Source: Nemertoderma westbladi
Lineage: Eukaryota; Animalia; Xenacoelomorpha
Length of the DNA: 46,122 bases
Direction: 5' to 3'
Assembly: GCA_032718475.1 (NCBI GenBank)
Contig: JAUCBJ010001773.1
Span: 1 to 46,122, forward strand
The notes under the pieces are model-generated. The model was not told the origin of the DNA and made no database searches. It saw only the letters and a list, made by a program, of their open reading frames with translations. Shown in pieces: positions 10,471 to 22,669 of the stretch (position 1 is the stretch's first letter; the number at the start of each line of letters is the position of its first letter). A program made the position numbers and the translations under genes.

Positions 10471-12349
10471 GGACAACTTCAAACTCGAAGTTGTGAAGGT
10501 AAACCAATATGCTGCCTATCGATTGGCGCCGGTCCCAACTCCGTAGCATTAGCCGTTTTGGCTGTAGCTCCATAGCAACGTGGTTGCTAGGGAAGCGGAC
10601 TTTTTGACTTCAAATTGGCCCTAGCCAGAGAACCGTAGACTTTTTTAACACATTATGTATGGCGAAAAGTTGTCTGGATAAATTTTGGGGGGTGGTCTAG
10701 GAACATCCTATTGTTCGTTTTCGCTTAGTTGCTGAGATCCTCTGGTCCCCCACATTCCAGGATTCTATAAAGGCATTCTGCTGGACTAGTTCCGTGGCCG
10801 GAATAGTGTTCGGTGTTCTGCGAACAGAGAACCTAATCGGTTTAGGGCCCTGACCGTCTAGACAAGTTTTTTCAAAATTATAAAAGAAACATTTTTATAG
10901 TCAAATTTTGTTTGTTTTTCTTTTAATTGGGGGCTGCCGCACCCAAACCGCCGCTTCTTTTCTGGGGGGGGTGCCGCTCCCAAACCAACGCATCTTTTTT
11001 TGGGGGCTGCCGCCCCCAAACCCCCGCACAGTATCATCAGATAATAAATTGACTATAAAGTATAAGCCTAAAGTATAGGAGCTGTATTGAATGTTAACCA
11101 AATAAATATATAAATTACTACAATATTATATAATTCAATCCTATTCAATCAAATATTATATATACATATATACTTTATACATATTCGATAAAATCCTATT
11201 AAAAATATTGCAAGTAACCAGGAAATTTAATATGTAGTGTGTATAATATATATATAGTATGTATAGTAATATGTATATCAATATATCAATGCTGAACACA
11301 GAATACAGGTCGACGCATGTCGATTTTACCCTGGAGAGGTATAATTTTGATTGAAACAATAATATTCATCCCCATCTGCTACAATTTGAAGAAGACTATT
11401 ACATAATAATACCTATAATTAAAACAATTAATTATTATAATTCTATAGTTAACAAAAACAGTATATCATTCGGGGGATGGAATTTATAGGTCATCTAATT
11501 AATTGTTTAAAGATTAGCAAACAATACGATGTAATTGCATTGATAAAACCTATAAATAAAACTTGATATAAAATGTAAAATCGGGATGCAAAAGATCACT
11601 TTCTGAGCTACGAAAGGAAAATTGTATACAACTTGTCTGGATACAAGCGGTCCGTTTACCTTACAAAATGAAAAATACGAATGTGCGAAGTTAAGAACAG
11701 TCGGGGGGGGAAGTGTCCGGGGGGGAAGTGTCTGGGGGGGAAGTGTCCGGGGGGGAAGTGTCTGGGGGGGAAGTGTCCGGGGGGGAAGTGTCCGAGGGGG
11801 AAGTGTCTGGAGGGGAAGTGTCCTACTTGAGCGGGGGGGAATTGTCCGGGGGGAAGTGTCCGGGGGGGAAGTGTCCGAACACCCTCTCCAAATGGTCATT
11901 CCATGAGAGGCTGCCGAGGCCACTTTCCACGCTTCAGCTGCTTATGAGCTGTTTGCGAGGCTGATCCATTTGATTCCGCATCATCTCCCACTCACTGGTA
12001 ATCCTCATCCTTAACCCGCATTAACATCACCCAGTCGGGATTCTATTTAAATCGCAAAAGATCGTTAGGCCATCTAATCTAAAAGTTTTATATTTTATTT
12101 AAATATATTTTAGTTTTGTGAGTAGATTCCGTAGGTGATTCGTCGTCGAGTCACCTACGGCTTTGGTATGGATACCACAGGAAGGTCAATGGAAATAATT
12201 ATTTTATGGTTACGTTGTATATTTGATTCAATATCTCAAAACTATCTCAAGTACATTGAAGATAGTGCAAATACTTTCACCAATATAACCAATACGTCAA
12301 ATACACCGAGTAAGCAGGAGAAAGTAAGTAAGTAAGAGAAAGGTGATAT

Positions 12350-12900
12350 ATGATGAAGCTAATCAATACATATGAATGAAAGAAAATACACCAATGAATC
12401 ACATGCAACATCAATATTGATAACATCTGACTATCTTGTTGTTCACACCTTTCTCCTCCTCATCATATTCCGAGCACTGTAAGGGACGAGTTCATTGTAT
12501 CTCCCCTACTGTACTAATAACATGCATTCACCAATATAATTGCACATCCTGTTGGGCTTAATTGGTAATAATACACAATCGCTTATGCTGTGAAATATAC
12601 TATGCATTGTTTGCTCACTTCCTCTGCATAGTTAAAAGGTACACCTCTCTTACTAATCATCCGATCACACCCTTTTTAATTCCACTCTAGAGTAATTATT
12701 GCATCCGTGATTATTGCTCATCTATTGGTGTCACTATTGGTTTTATATTCGATCACACACCACCCTTTCATCATGCGATCTAATGTTACTCATCTCACTT
12801 CCGGTTCATATACTCACACTTATCATTATCAAGACTCATCCCGATGCCTTATTCACCTTTGTTGAGTAAAATAAAAGCGTCTCTTGACCATCTGATTATA
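12350..12900 (-). pseudogene. Possible degraded LINE ORF2 C-terminal fragment
   Basis: Broken frames give ECM...LQCSEYDEEEK, resembling the CCHC knuckle of LINE ORF2 proteins. Many stops. Confidence 0.3.
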
Positions 12901-13224
12901 CTAACCCTTAATTATGTGATCAAATCATTCCAGATAAAAATTATAAATGTCGGGATAAGATTGATAAGACTGATGGTTCACCCGTGTGAGCCATGGTAGA
13001 CCGCGGACCATCGAAATGACTGGTGGACCAGGCATATTCAATACTTTTTGACTGGTACTTAATGGGTTAACCTTATATAGCGAATATGTGATACGAATGG
13101 AAAGAATTCCAAATGTGCAAAAACATTTGAATTTGGTTGGGAAATAGCCGATAGACTACACATTTGAAGTGGGGGTCTTTCAAATTGGTGCATCGACGTA
13201 GTTCTAAACAAAACATATACTTAC

Positions 13225-13369
13225 TCTCCTCTCTCGAAGTTATTATTCGCATTATCCAACATAAGTTTATCCGTTTCATCAGAATCTCCATATAGAATAA
13301 TGAATACATTAGCATCAGTTCCGGCCCCTCTTACGTCACTGGTAGTAACAGCAATCTGGTAGGAACATT
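13225..13369 (-). CDS. PLAT-repeat gene, exon 10: N-half of PLAT domain 3
   Basis: 145 nt, TTTTAG acceptor, GTAAGT donor. Encodes [48 protein letters not shown]. Confidence 0.93.
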
Positions 13370-13662
13370 CTAAAACAAAAATACAACCATATAAGTTATG
13401 GCACGTCTTCATATGGCACATCTTGTCTCTTATATGACTAGTTAAAAACATACTCTGGTAAGAATAAGAACATTCTAGAAGAAAAATGTAAAGTTAATCA
13501 CTATGATAATCCACAACATTCATTATGAACACTCAAAATAAAAGAATAATAAATACAAAAACCTATCCACATCAACAACCACTACCACCCACATCCACAT
13601 CCACAACAACAACAACAACATAAAAAGTTAAACATCTGCGACAAAACTATCGGAATACCTAC

Positions 13663-14582
13663 CGGTAGCATGTATCGCAGCAATATCATCTCCGGCGTCA
13701 CCACTCTCAATCACAGCAGAAATGTGTTCGGTTTCACCTTTGCTTGTCGTAGATGATGACGAAGAAGAGCTATGTGATTTCCTATCTTCAACAGCCTCAT
13801 CTATAATATCTTCGATTTTTTCAACAATTTCATCAGTAATTTCCTCGATGTCATCAACAATCTCATCGGGATGTTCATCATCAACAGCTTCATCGATAAT
13901 ATCTTCGATTTTATCAACAATTTCATCAGTAATTTCATCGATGTCATCAACAATCTCATCGGGATGTTCATCATCAACAGCTTCATCGATAACATCTTCG
14001 ATTTTTTCAACGATTTCATCAGTAATTTCTTCGATCTTATCAACTACCTCATCGTGGTGTTCATCATCATCATTAACTTCATCAATAATATCTTCGATTT
14101 TATCAACAATTTCAGCCACATTGTCTTCCAAGCCCCCAATAACCTGATCAGGATGATCTTCTGATTCACTATTAGAAATACTACTACTGGATTTCGTTTT
14201 TTCGTTAACAATATCTTCATCGTGTAGAACTTCTTCAGATTTCGTCTCAACTTCACTATCAGATGAAGACGAACTACTGCTGTTGCTATGCGATTTAGTC
14301 TCTAAAACAGCATCATCAATATTATTTACGGTTTCTATATATTCTACATCTTTGATGATGGTGTCTCCTTTATCAGGAAATAGATGGACCTCAATAGCCC
14401 CATCCAGTTCGCTCTCATCCAACCACCGACCGCATATAAACACGTCTTTAGTATCGGTAGTTAGGTTATTAACTTCCACCTTATCGCAATGCCAACCGGC
14501 ACCAAATCCTTTACCATCGTGACCAATTCGGATTTTAGAAATTTCTCCAAGGTTACTCAGGTTGAAGGTAAATTCATCGACA
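13663..14582 (-). CDS. PLAT-repeat gene, exon 9: C-half of PLAT domain 2 plus an acidic linker
   Basis: Lies within ORF 13628..14650. TTTTCCAG acceptor, G|GTAGGT donor, 920 nt, phase 2 to 1. Confidence 0.9.
13790..14120 (-). repeat. Coding tandem repeat, 93 bp / 31 aa, ~3.5 copies
   Basis: Unit DEIVDDIDEITDEIVDKIEDIIDEAVDDEHP; period confirmed between 13861 and 13954. Confidence 0.9.
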
Positions 14583-14875
14583 CTGGAAAACGAAATAAAA
14601 CTTTGAAAATAACAAGCGGAAAGAGAACTAGTCGCCCCTAAAACATCCAAAATACTTGTGTAATGTAGGAATTATACCTCACAGATCTATAAAATATCCA
14701 AACTGCATTACAATATGAGGTCAAGACAATATTTTGTGATAATGAGAAATAAATTACATATTTTCAAGGTCTAGGATTAAAATATGGTTGTTAGATTGGC
14801 AGCCCTTGTAGTACAGGTACAACGGTTGCGCATCCAGGTTACAAATAGGCCTATGGTTACACAATATTAATAATT

Positions 14876-15001
14876 AAGACCGAATATAAGTTCATAAGAC
14901 CGAATATAAGTTCATAAGACCGTATATAAGTTCATAAGACCGAATATAAGTTCATAAGACCCAATATAAGTTCATAAGACATAGTTATAAGATAAGTTCA
15001 T
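14876..15001. repeat. 20-bp minisatellite AAGACCGAATATAAGTTCAT, ~5-6 copies
   Basis: Directly visible. Confidence 0.93.
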
Positions 15002-15194
15002 AGTCAAAATATTATAATTAATTCGCAGTTTAAAGGTGGACATATTAGAACTTCTACAAGTAACTATTAATAAATATTACAATGGTAATCAACCGATTAG
15101 CCGATTAGTCTTCAGTTCTTTAATTGCAATAGTATTGCGGTACATGTCCACTAGGACGCAGGGTGGACTGGTTGAAGGCATTCTCTGATGTTAA

Positions 15195-15335
15195 AGACAT
15201 CGGGAGGCACATCATCAACACCACAAGAACCAATCGTGTCAGACATCGGGAGGCACATCATCAACACCACAAGAACCAATCGTGTCAGACATCGGGAGGC
15301 ACATCATCAACACCACAAGACCCAATCGTGTCAGA
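15195..15335. repeat. 46-bp tandem repeat x3
   Basis: AGACATCGGGAGGCACATC.. starts at 15195, 15241 and 15287. Confidence 0.93.
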
Positions 15336-15640
15336 GATAATTGTATCAGATCTCGATTGTTATTTAGCACGAAATGAGCCTTCCAGCCTGCCAAGCGCTC
15401 AACTGGAGAATCAGCCTTTCCCTTTGGAATTGGTCGGCTTTTTCGTCAGGAAAGCAGGTGGATTGCTTGCATGGCTTCGGCAGATTTACTACTTTTATCA
15501 GCAGCATTTATAGCATCAACCATCATCCTGGCCTGCTGACTGATTAGCTCTGCTTTATTGAGTATTGCCTGTTGGGAGATTTCAATGTAGCTTTCCTGTG
15601 TTGGCGTTTCCAGCAAGTACTAGAGGGAAACTGATGTGGT

Positions 15641-16093
15641 CTACTACTACTACTACTACTAGGATCGGCATGCTGCATTGCAGCTGCATTTTTAAGAATG
15701 CTGTGCCGGCTTGTCAACAAAATTGCACCGCCACAACTCCCTATCACCCATGACATTTGCTAGATCATCCGCATCTTCAAGGCCAGTGTCCTTTAAGATG
15801 CGTCTCAAGAAAGTCATGGGCTGTCCACCATGCTTATTCACTCCATGAGGCTGCCAAAGTACAAGATTATGCACTGGCTGGTCCTCACGGCGAAAGCAAT
15901 GTCCTGCAAAGCGGAGGCGATTTTGTTCTAGTGTCAAGCTTGGGGGAACCAATGAGACACCTCCAATGTTATATAGTGTCTGGTTGGAGATGTGTGCATT
16001 GTACTTGACACAATGAACCCGGCGTAGCATTCTTGTGAATGTGCCATACAGAGATTTGGTGTCCTCAGCAGTTAGAGCCCAGCATGGACTCCC
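15641..16093 (-). mobile_element. 5'-truncated RTE-type LINE, family A (3' end only)
   Basis: Nearly identical to 20775-21214. Encodes RLRFAGHCFR, has a (TAG)n tail and a TSD GTGGTCTA at 15636-15643 and 16094-16101. Confidence 0.93.
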
Positions 16094-16302
16094 GTGGTCT
16101 ATCTGAGACTTATTACCACTCGATCCCACATGGGAATACAGCTTTCCAGGTCGAATAGAAATTTGTATTAGCAGAAAACAATTCTTTTGTCAAAATAAAA
16201 TCTTACAAATGACCTCATTTCGGTTTACATTAGCACTGTAAACCCAAGGGTTGTAAGACGATCTTGGAATTGATTAGGCCGAAATAATTGTTAATAACTT
16301 AC

Positions 16303-16447
16303 TCTCCTCTTTCGAAGTTATTATTCGCATTATCCAACATAAGTTTATCCGTTTCACCAGAATCTCCATAGAGAATAACAAAAACATTAGCATCAGTTCC
16401 GGCCCCTCTGACGTCACTGGTAGTAACAGCAATCTGGTAAGAACATT
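16303..16447 (-). CDS. PLAT-repeat gene, exon 8: N-half of PLAT domain 2
   Basis: 145 nt, TTCCAG acceptor, GTAAGT donor. Encodes [48 protein letters not shown]. Confidence 0.93.
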
Positions 16448-16862
16448 CTGGAACAAAAATATAACCGTATAAGTTATGGCAAGTCTTCCGTCATTGGTAG
16501 TAGTAACACTCTGGTAAGAAGATTCTAGTGAGCGGACACCAAAAAATATATATTACTTATTTCTTTCATAATCACTTTTAAGCATGTTAAACAACTATAT
16601 AGTCACAGTCACAACCCATTTCCACATTCATTTAGTGTAGTCTGTCGTCAAAAGTATGTCAATTATTTACATAATAAGTAATCAACAAGGGGGACTACAA
16701 GGCTGAATTTATCCGCTGGTGGTACAATATATCCTCTTCCTTCAAGATGAAACATGATCGTATTCTGAGATTTTTCAATGTACCCTAGGGGTGGTGAGGT
16801 ACTGCAGTTGGAATCTGATTGCTGGCTATTCGAACCTTCGTGAACTTAATGGCCATACAGTT

Positions 16863-17473
16863 ACACGTTCGAGGGGCCTTCGCGCAGCACGAGGACCTAT
16901 ATTAGAAAGTACATTATCTAATCTCTATTAGATATACGAAAACTGTCTTTCCTAAAATATATGAGTGAAGGCGATGCTATCAGTTTGTGATAAACTAGTT
17001 GTAAAAACAGGGATCCATTTCAGTTTGCCCTTACACACTTTAACTGTCATTTGTAAACCTTCTAACTAGGGCTATTTAAGTTAAGTATAAAATTTTTAGT
17101 TTTACAATACTCTTCTCCTTCATTAGCCTCGTTGCGCTCGTCCTGTTTTGTCTTAAAATAATTTTCCTAAACGGAGACTAACTATCTTTATAACTATGTA
17201 AAGTCTCGAAACTGTGAGAGTAACTGCTGATTTATGGCAGATAGATACTCGTATCTACTGTAAACTCGTTGCGTTCGTTCATTTTGTACCAAACTTCCGA
17301 TTCTTTCTAAACTTTTGCCGGACTACATACGTACCAAGTTTCGTTTAATTTTATCTAGGAATAACCGAGTTATTAGCGATCAATCTTTACGACGACGACA
17401 GACGACGACGACGACAGACAACTCGTTTGGCACCCATATGCTAAGGCTTCACTCACTTCGTGGCTCGCCCCAC
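16863..17473 (-). mobile_element. HINE-like element, copy 4
   Basis: Minus strand TGTGGGGCGAGCCACGAAGT..CCTTAGCATA, a (GTC)n tract, and a 3' end CGTGCTGCGCGAAGGCCCCTCGAACGTGT. Confidence 0.62.
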
Positions 17474-17706
17474 ACAAAATCCAGTACACATTAGAATAGA
17501 GGCGCCTAGGGGGAGGGGGGGGGGGGTGTATGTCAGACCGGCGCCGTGTCTTACCAGTCAAGCTGTTTTTTGTTCTCACTATTCTGGTGCAATATATTTG
17601 GTATCGGTACTCGTTAAGTTCAAAGTCTATATTCCGTAACACTATAACTTATATTTGAATATTGTGTCGCTCCACTATATGTATGTCGCTCCACTACACC
17701 AAGGTT

Positions 17707-17981
17707 CCACCTTGGTGTAGTGGTTGCATTGAATTCACATCTCCCGTAGGTCGTGGGTTCGATCCTCACATAGGCCAGGGCAGTTTTTGTTTCGGCACGA
17801 ATGCTTTAAAGGGGCCAGCCAGGGCGCATCTCATTGCCTTGCATCCTTAAGTGGTAGCTAAATGAGTACTGGAGTTTCCTCTGGGAGGTAAGGTTCTGGG
17901 GGGACCGCACTGGAAATATGTCGTCAGACTTTTTGCGTAATACCTGGCCTAGCAGCCGAAGAAAATTTACTTTTACTTTTT
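17707..17981 (+). mobile_element. tRNA-derived SINE, family B
   Basis: A box TGGTGTAGTGG, B box GGTTCGATCC and a (TTTAC)n tail; homologous to 19867-20097. Confidence 0.85.
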
Positions 17982-19292
17982 ATGTACTTACTTATTCGTC
18001 CCTGCCCTGCTATGAATTCTGTGTGTAAATCGGAACTTTATAATAATATAATTTATTAAACCAAAAATATTGGTACAGTAAAAAACAAGGTACAAAATTT
18101 CACATATGCATATGGTATTACGAAGAGATTACGCACGATTAATTAAGATTGCTGTAATAATATAAACTTTTAGAGTTCGCTCTACAAGATATGAGATGGT
18201 ACTGCGACGCAGTACCGCTCGCCACAGAGTCTACAACAGCAACTACTTTATGACTTTATGACAACTATTGTGTAATCTGTACACATTTTTAAAATGATGT
18301 CGCCGCGTGCGAATTAAATAAACGAATAATAAATAATGTGTGGTTATTTGTGGTTTTTTTCATTTAGTTTGCAGGGTAAAACCCCAAGTTACACTTCCTA
18401 ATTGTATAATACATTATGTACAAAAGACAATTTAATCAAACTCAGTAATACTGTACATACAAAATGATTTTACGAAGAAATAATATTTGGCGTTTTCGCT
18501 GACATCATGTTTGCTGCTTCGAGTTTCTGCAATCGGGCGGGAAGATACGAGCGGTGTCTATCTATATCGATTCCATTCAATTATAATACTGGTTAATATT
18601 ATATTAATATTAATCTTTAATTAATAATAATTAACATACATAAAATTCGCGGATATCTTTGAAATGTTTTATTTTAGGTGTGCCGTCAAGCGTGGGGCTG
18701 TCCCGGAGTGTGGTAGGATCTTGGGGAGAGGGGAGAGGGGGGGGGGGGGGGGGTGCGTCACAGCACTGGTTTATTAATCATTATCTCATTATCATCAGGG
18801 TCACCATCACATTACTAGTATTGGACTACAAGATGGTGTTCCTTACATAATCGTCAGTACTATTTTAATTTAACTAGGAACCGAGTAGGTTCATTTCTTA
18901 ATGGTCAAATTTTTTCGCGAATATTGTGAATTAAATTAATAATTAAAATAAATAATAGTAGCTTTATTTATACATTATGTTAAAAGAATAACAATCTAGG
19001 TAGGCCTAATTGTCCAAGATAACATACATGATTACCCCTAAATTTATTTCCATGGGGGTCATTACCGACATACCAACAGACAGACAGACAGACAGACACA
19101 CACAAAATTCCACTAAACTCTAAACCTGACGTCGGAAATGTTATCTCCGACCGGAAAACCCATGTAACGTCTTTGTAATATTATTGCAAATTTAATCAAT
19201 TCGGCAACCAATGTAAGCTAAAATCATATCTCGCCGATAATGTACGTTCTAGTCTCCCGGACATGCAAAGATAAACAGGTCTATCAACATAC

Positions 19293-19798
19293 CTTTTGTA
19301 CCATCAGTGTCATCGCCAGCTGATTCTTCTATTTCATCGGCTTTAATTTCTATACTATACTTCCGGCTCTCTTCGGCTTCATGTCTGGATGATCTGGAAG
19401 AGTGTGAACTGTTACTTCTTGACTTCATTTCTGTAACTACTTCATCAATAATGTCTATTACTTCTTTAGGCTTTTCCTCAACTGCACTATGCGACGATGA
19501 TGAACTACTACTACTACTATTACTTCGGGACTTTATATTACCCACAATGTTAACATCATCAACTTCAACAGTTTTTGTTTCTTCATGAATTCTAATCAAG
19601 TCGACCTCTAAAGCCCCATCCATTTCGCTCTTATCCAACCACCGACCGCATATAAACACGTCTTTAGTATCGGTAGTTAGGTTATTAACTTCCACCTTAT
19701 CGCAATGCCAACCGGCACCAAATCCTTTACCATCGTGACCAATTCGGATTTTAGAAATTTCTCCAAGGTTATTCAGGTTGAAGGTAAATTCGTCATCT
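19293..19798 (-). CDS. PLAT-repeat gene, exon 7: C-half of PLAT domain 1 plus a Ser-rich/acidic linker
   Basis: Lies within ORF 19249..19854. TTTTTTCAAG acceptor, AAAG|GTATGT donor, 506 nt, phase 2 to 1. Confidence 0.9.
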
Positions 19799-19866
19799 CT
19801 TGAAAAAACAAACAATATAATATTACAGTTGGCTATAGAGCTATAGACAATCAATGCACTTCCATT

Positions 19867-20097
19867 AAAAAAAAAGTAATAACTAATCTTCGGCCGTTAG
19901 ACCGAGGTAACTACGCAAAAAGTCTGACGACTTATTTCCAGTGCGGTTCCCCCAGATTAAATGCAAGGCAGAGATGCGCCCTGACTGGTCCCTTCAAAGC
20001 AGTCGTGCCGAAACTAAAACTGGCCCGGCCCATGCGAGGATCGAACCCAAGCCCTATGAGAGATGTGAATTCAGCGCAACTACTATACCACGGTGGA
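19867..20097 (-). mobile_element. tRNA-derived SINE, family B, with an internal deletion
   Basis: Shares GAATTCACATCT..GGTTCGATCCTC..TTTCGGCACGA..CCGCACTGGAAATA..GTCGTCAGACTTTTTGCGTA with the 17707 copy. Confidence 0.85.
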
Positions 20098-20337
20098 ACC
20101 TATTATTGGTGTTATGGGTGTATGAGTGGTTTCATACCATTATAACTTTTTGTTGGGCACAGCTTTTGCAAAGTCGGCAAGGTACTGTAGGGTTGAGCAC
20201 AGTGGCAGCATATGATAGTATTGACAGATGGGAGGCCATGAGGAGGTAAATTGCGGACATACAAGCTATCAGGTACTATTTCCAGGTCTATCTTTTACCT
20301 GAGCCGCTAGCTGAAAAGTTAGAGCGTCAGACATTCC

Positions 20338-20771
20338 CACGTACGGGACAGTGTCACGTACGGGACAGCACCACGTACAGGACAGCGTCACGTACGGGAC
20401 AGTGTCACGTACGGGACAGCACCACGTACGGGACAGCGTCACGTACGGGACAGCGTCACGTACGGGACAGCACCACGTACGGGGCAGCGTCACGTACGGG
20501 ACAGCACCACGTACGGGATAGCACCACGTACGGGATAGCACCACGTACGGGACAGCGTCACGTACGGGACAGCGTCACGTACGGGAAAGCGTCACGTACG
20601 GGACAGCACCACGTACGGGACAGCGTCACGTACGGGACAGCACCACGTACGGGACAGCACCACGTAAGGGACAGCGTCACGTACGGGACAGCACCACGTA
20701 CGGGACAGCACCACGTACGGGACAGCGTCACGTACGGGACAGCGTCACGTACGGGACAGCGTCACGTACGG
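20338..20771. repeat. 17-bp CpG-rich minisatellite (GTCACGTACGGGACAGC), left part, ~25 units
   Basis: Directly visible, with GT/AC variants. Confidence 0.95.
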
Positions 20772-22438
20772 AACTACTACTAGTATCGGCATGCTGCATT
20801 GCAGCTGCATTTTTAAGAATGCTGTGCCGGCTTGTCGACAAAATTGCACCGCCACAACTACCTATCACCCATGACATTTGCTAGATCACCCGCATCTTTA
20901 AGGCCAGTGTCCTTTAAGATGCGTCTCAAGAGAGTCATGGGCTGTCCACCATGCTTATTCACTCCATGAGGCTGCCAAAGTACAAGATTATGCACTGGCT
21001 GGTCCTCACGGCGAAAGCAATGTCCTGCAAAGCGGAGGCGATTTTGTTCTAGTGTCAAGCTTGGGGGAACCAATGAGACACCTCCAATGTTATATAGCGT
21101 CTGGTTGGAGATGTGTGCATTGTACTTGACACAATGAACCCGGCGTAGCATTCTTGTGAATGTGCCATCCAGAGATTTGGTGTCCTTAGCAGTTAGAGCC
21201 CAGCATGGACTCCCATAGAGGAGTACTGGAACTACTGCTGCTCTAAATAATCGGACCTTAAGTTTCCGAATAATTCTCGGTGACTTCCAAATCCTGGAAA
21301 GCCTATTCAAGGCGGCCCATGCCTTTCCCTTACGTATTCGAAGGTCCTCACCTGACTTCAGGATCCATGATCCCAGGTAACAGAAGTCGTCCACATGCTC
21401 AAGCATACCATCCTTTGAGCTTATGCTCATCCGATCAGAGACTTGCTGAGAACTTTCAAAGTTAACTGTCAAAATTTTGGTCTTTCTGGAGTTGATAAAA
21501 AGACCAACACTAGAAGCAGCATGTTCTAATGAGCTGAGGAGCCGTTGGGCTCCCTCTAGTGATTCTGAGAGTACTCCTAAGTCATCGGCAAAGTCTAGAT
21601 CAGTTAGGTACTTGGCAGGATTTCCTCGACTTCTGGTGTCAGTAGGTGGAGTTATCATCACCCCATCATCATTATGATGATCTAAGGACATGCGTAGAAC
21701 ATAGTCAACCACATATATGAACAAGAATGGTGCAAGTGTGTCTCCCTGGAGGACGCCCCATAACACTTCAAATGGTTCTGTGTCACCATCAACAGTAGAC
21801 ACAAATGTTGTCGAACCATCGTATACTGATCTGATTGAAGCAATAATTTCATCAGGAATCCCATAAAATGAAAGTATGCTGAACATACGTGAGCGGGAGA
21901 CTGAATCAAAGGCCTTGAAGAAGTCAACAAAGATAACAGCCAGATGCCTGTGATTCTTTTTTGATAACTCTTCAATTATCCTTCTAAGTGCCAAAATGGG
22001 CTCCATGGTCCCACGATCTTTACGGAACCCATTCTGGTTTCCACGGAGCAGTCTCTCAATGGGATCCCTGATGCGATTTAATAGAATTCTATTGTATAGC
22101 TTTGCAGCAATCGAGATCAATGAGATTCCCAGAAAAGAACCATAGAGTGTTAGGTTGCCCTTTCTTGGGAACTGGCACCAACTTATTTGTTTTCATTTCT
22201 TGTGGGACTCTTGTTGTACGGTACATGTCTACTATGATGGGATAGATGAGCTTTAAACACTCAGTATTTTAAAGACCTCAGGGGGAACACCATCTACTCC
22301 ACTGGCACGATTGGTCTTAATGCTCTTTGCTGCAGCCTTCACTTCTGCAAAGGAGATATCACCAATGGGAATATCTGGGAGTACAGACTCAGACACTTTT
22401 ACTTCTATAAAGTTATCAGGCAATACCCTGTCATTACT
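20772..22438 (-). mobile_element. 5'-truncated RTE-type LINE, family A, with reverse transcriptase (inactivated)
   Basis: ORF 20858..22120 carries QNGFR, FVDFFKAFDS, GVLQGDTLAPFLF, DFADD and YLGS. It has a premature TAG at 20858 relative to the 15692 copy, a broken frame upstream, a (TAG)n tail and a candidate TSD GTACGG. Confidence 0.95.
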
Positions 22439-22669
22439 GTACGGGACACCGTCACGTACGGGACAGCGTCACGTACGGGACACCGTCACGTACGGGACAG
22501 CGTAACGTACGGGACAGCGTCACGTACGCGGCAGCGTCACGTACGGGACAGCGTCACGTACGGGACAGCGTCACGTACGGGACAGCGTCACGTACGGGAC
22601 AGCGTCACGTACGGGACAGCGTCACGTACGGGACAGCGTCACGTACGGGACAGCGTCACGTACGGGACG
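22439..22669. repeat. 17-bp minisatellite, right part, ~13 units
   Basis: Same unit and orientation as 20338-20771. Confidence 0.95.

Larger units (their letters stand above)
7890..11883. mobile_element. Mutator/foldback-type non-autonomous DNA transposon with tandem-repeat TIRs
   Basis: 9-bp TSD CTCTCCAAA at 7881-7889 and 11884-11892, GG...CC termini. The left arm (GGACACTTCCCCCC)n is the inverse of the right arm (GGGGGGAAGTGTCC)n. Confidence 0.88.

Noticed and set aside
11507-11964. Pro-rich and Gly-rich repeat ORFs (TLPPR, GGSVR)
   Set aside because: They are translations of the transposon's terminal 15-bp repeats.
20338-22669. CRISPR-like or retron-like system (repeats flanking a reverse transcriptase)
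   Set aside because: The repeats are head-to-tail with no unique spacers, there are no cas genes, and the RT is an ordinary truncated RTE-type LINE.
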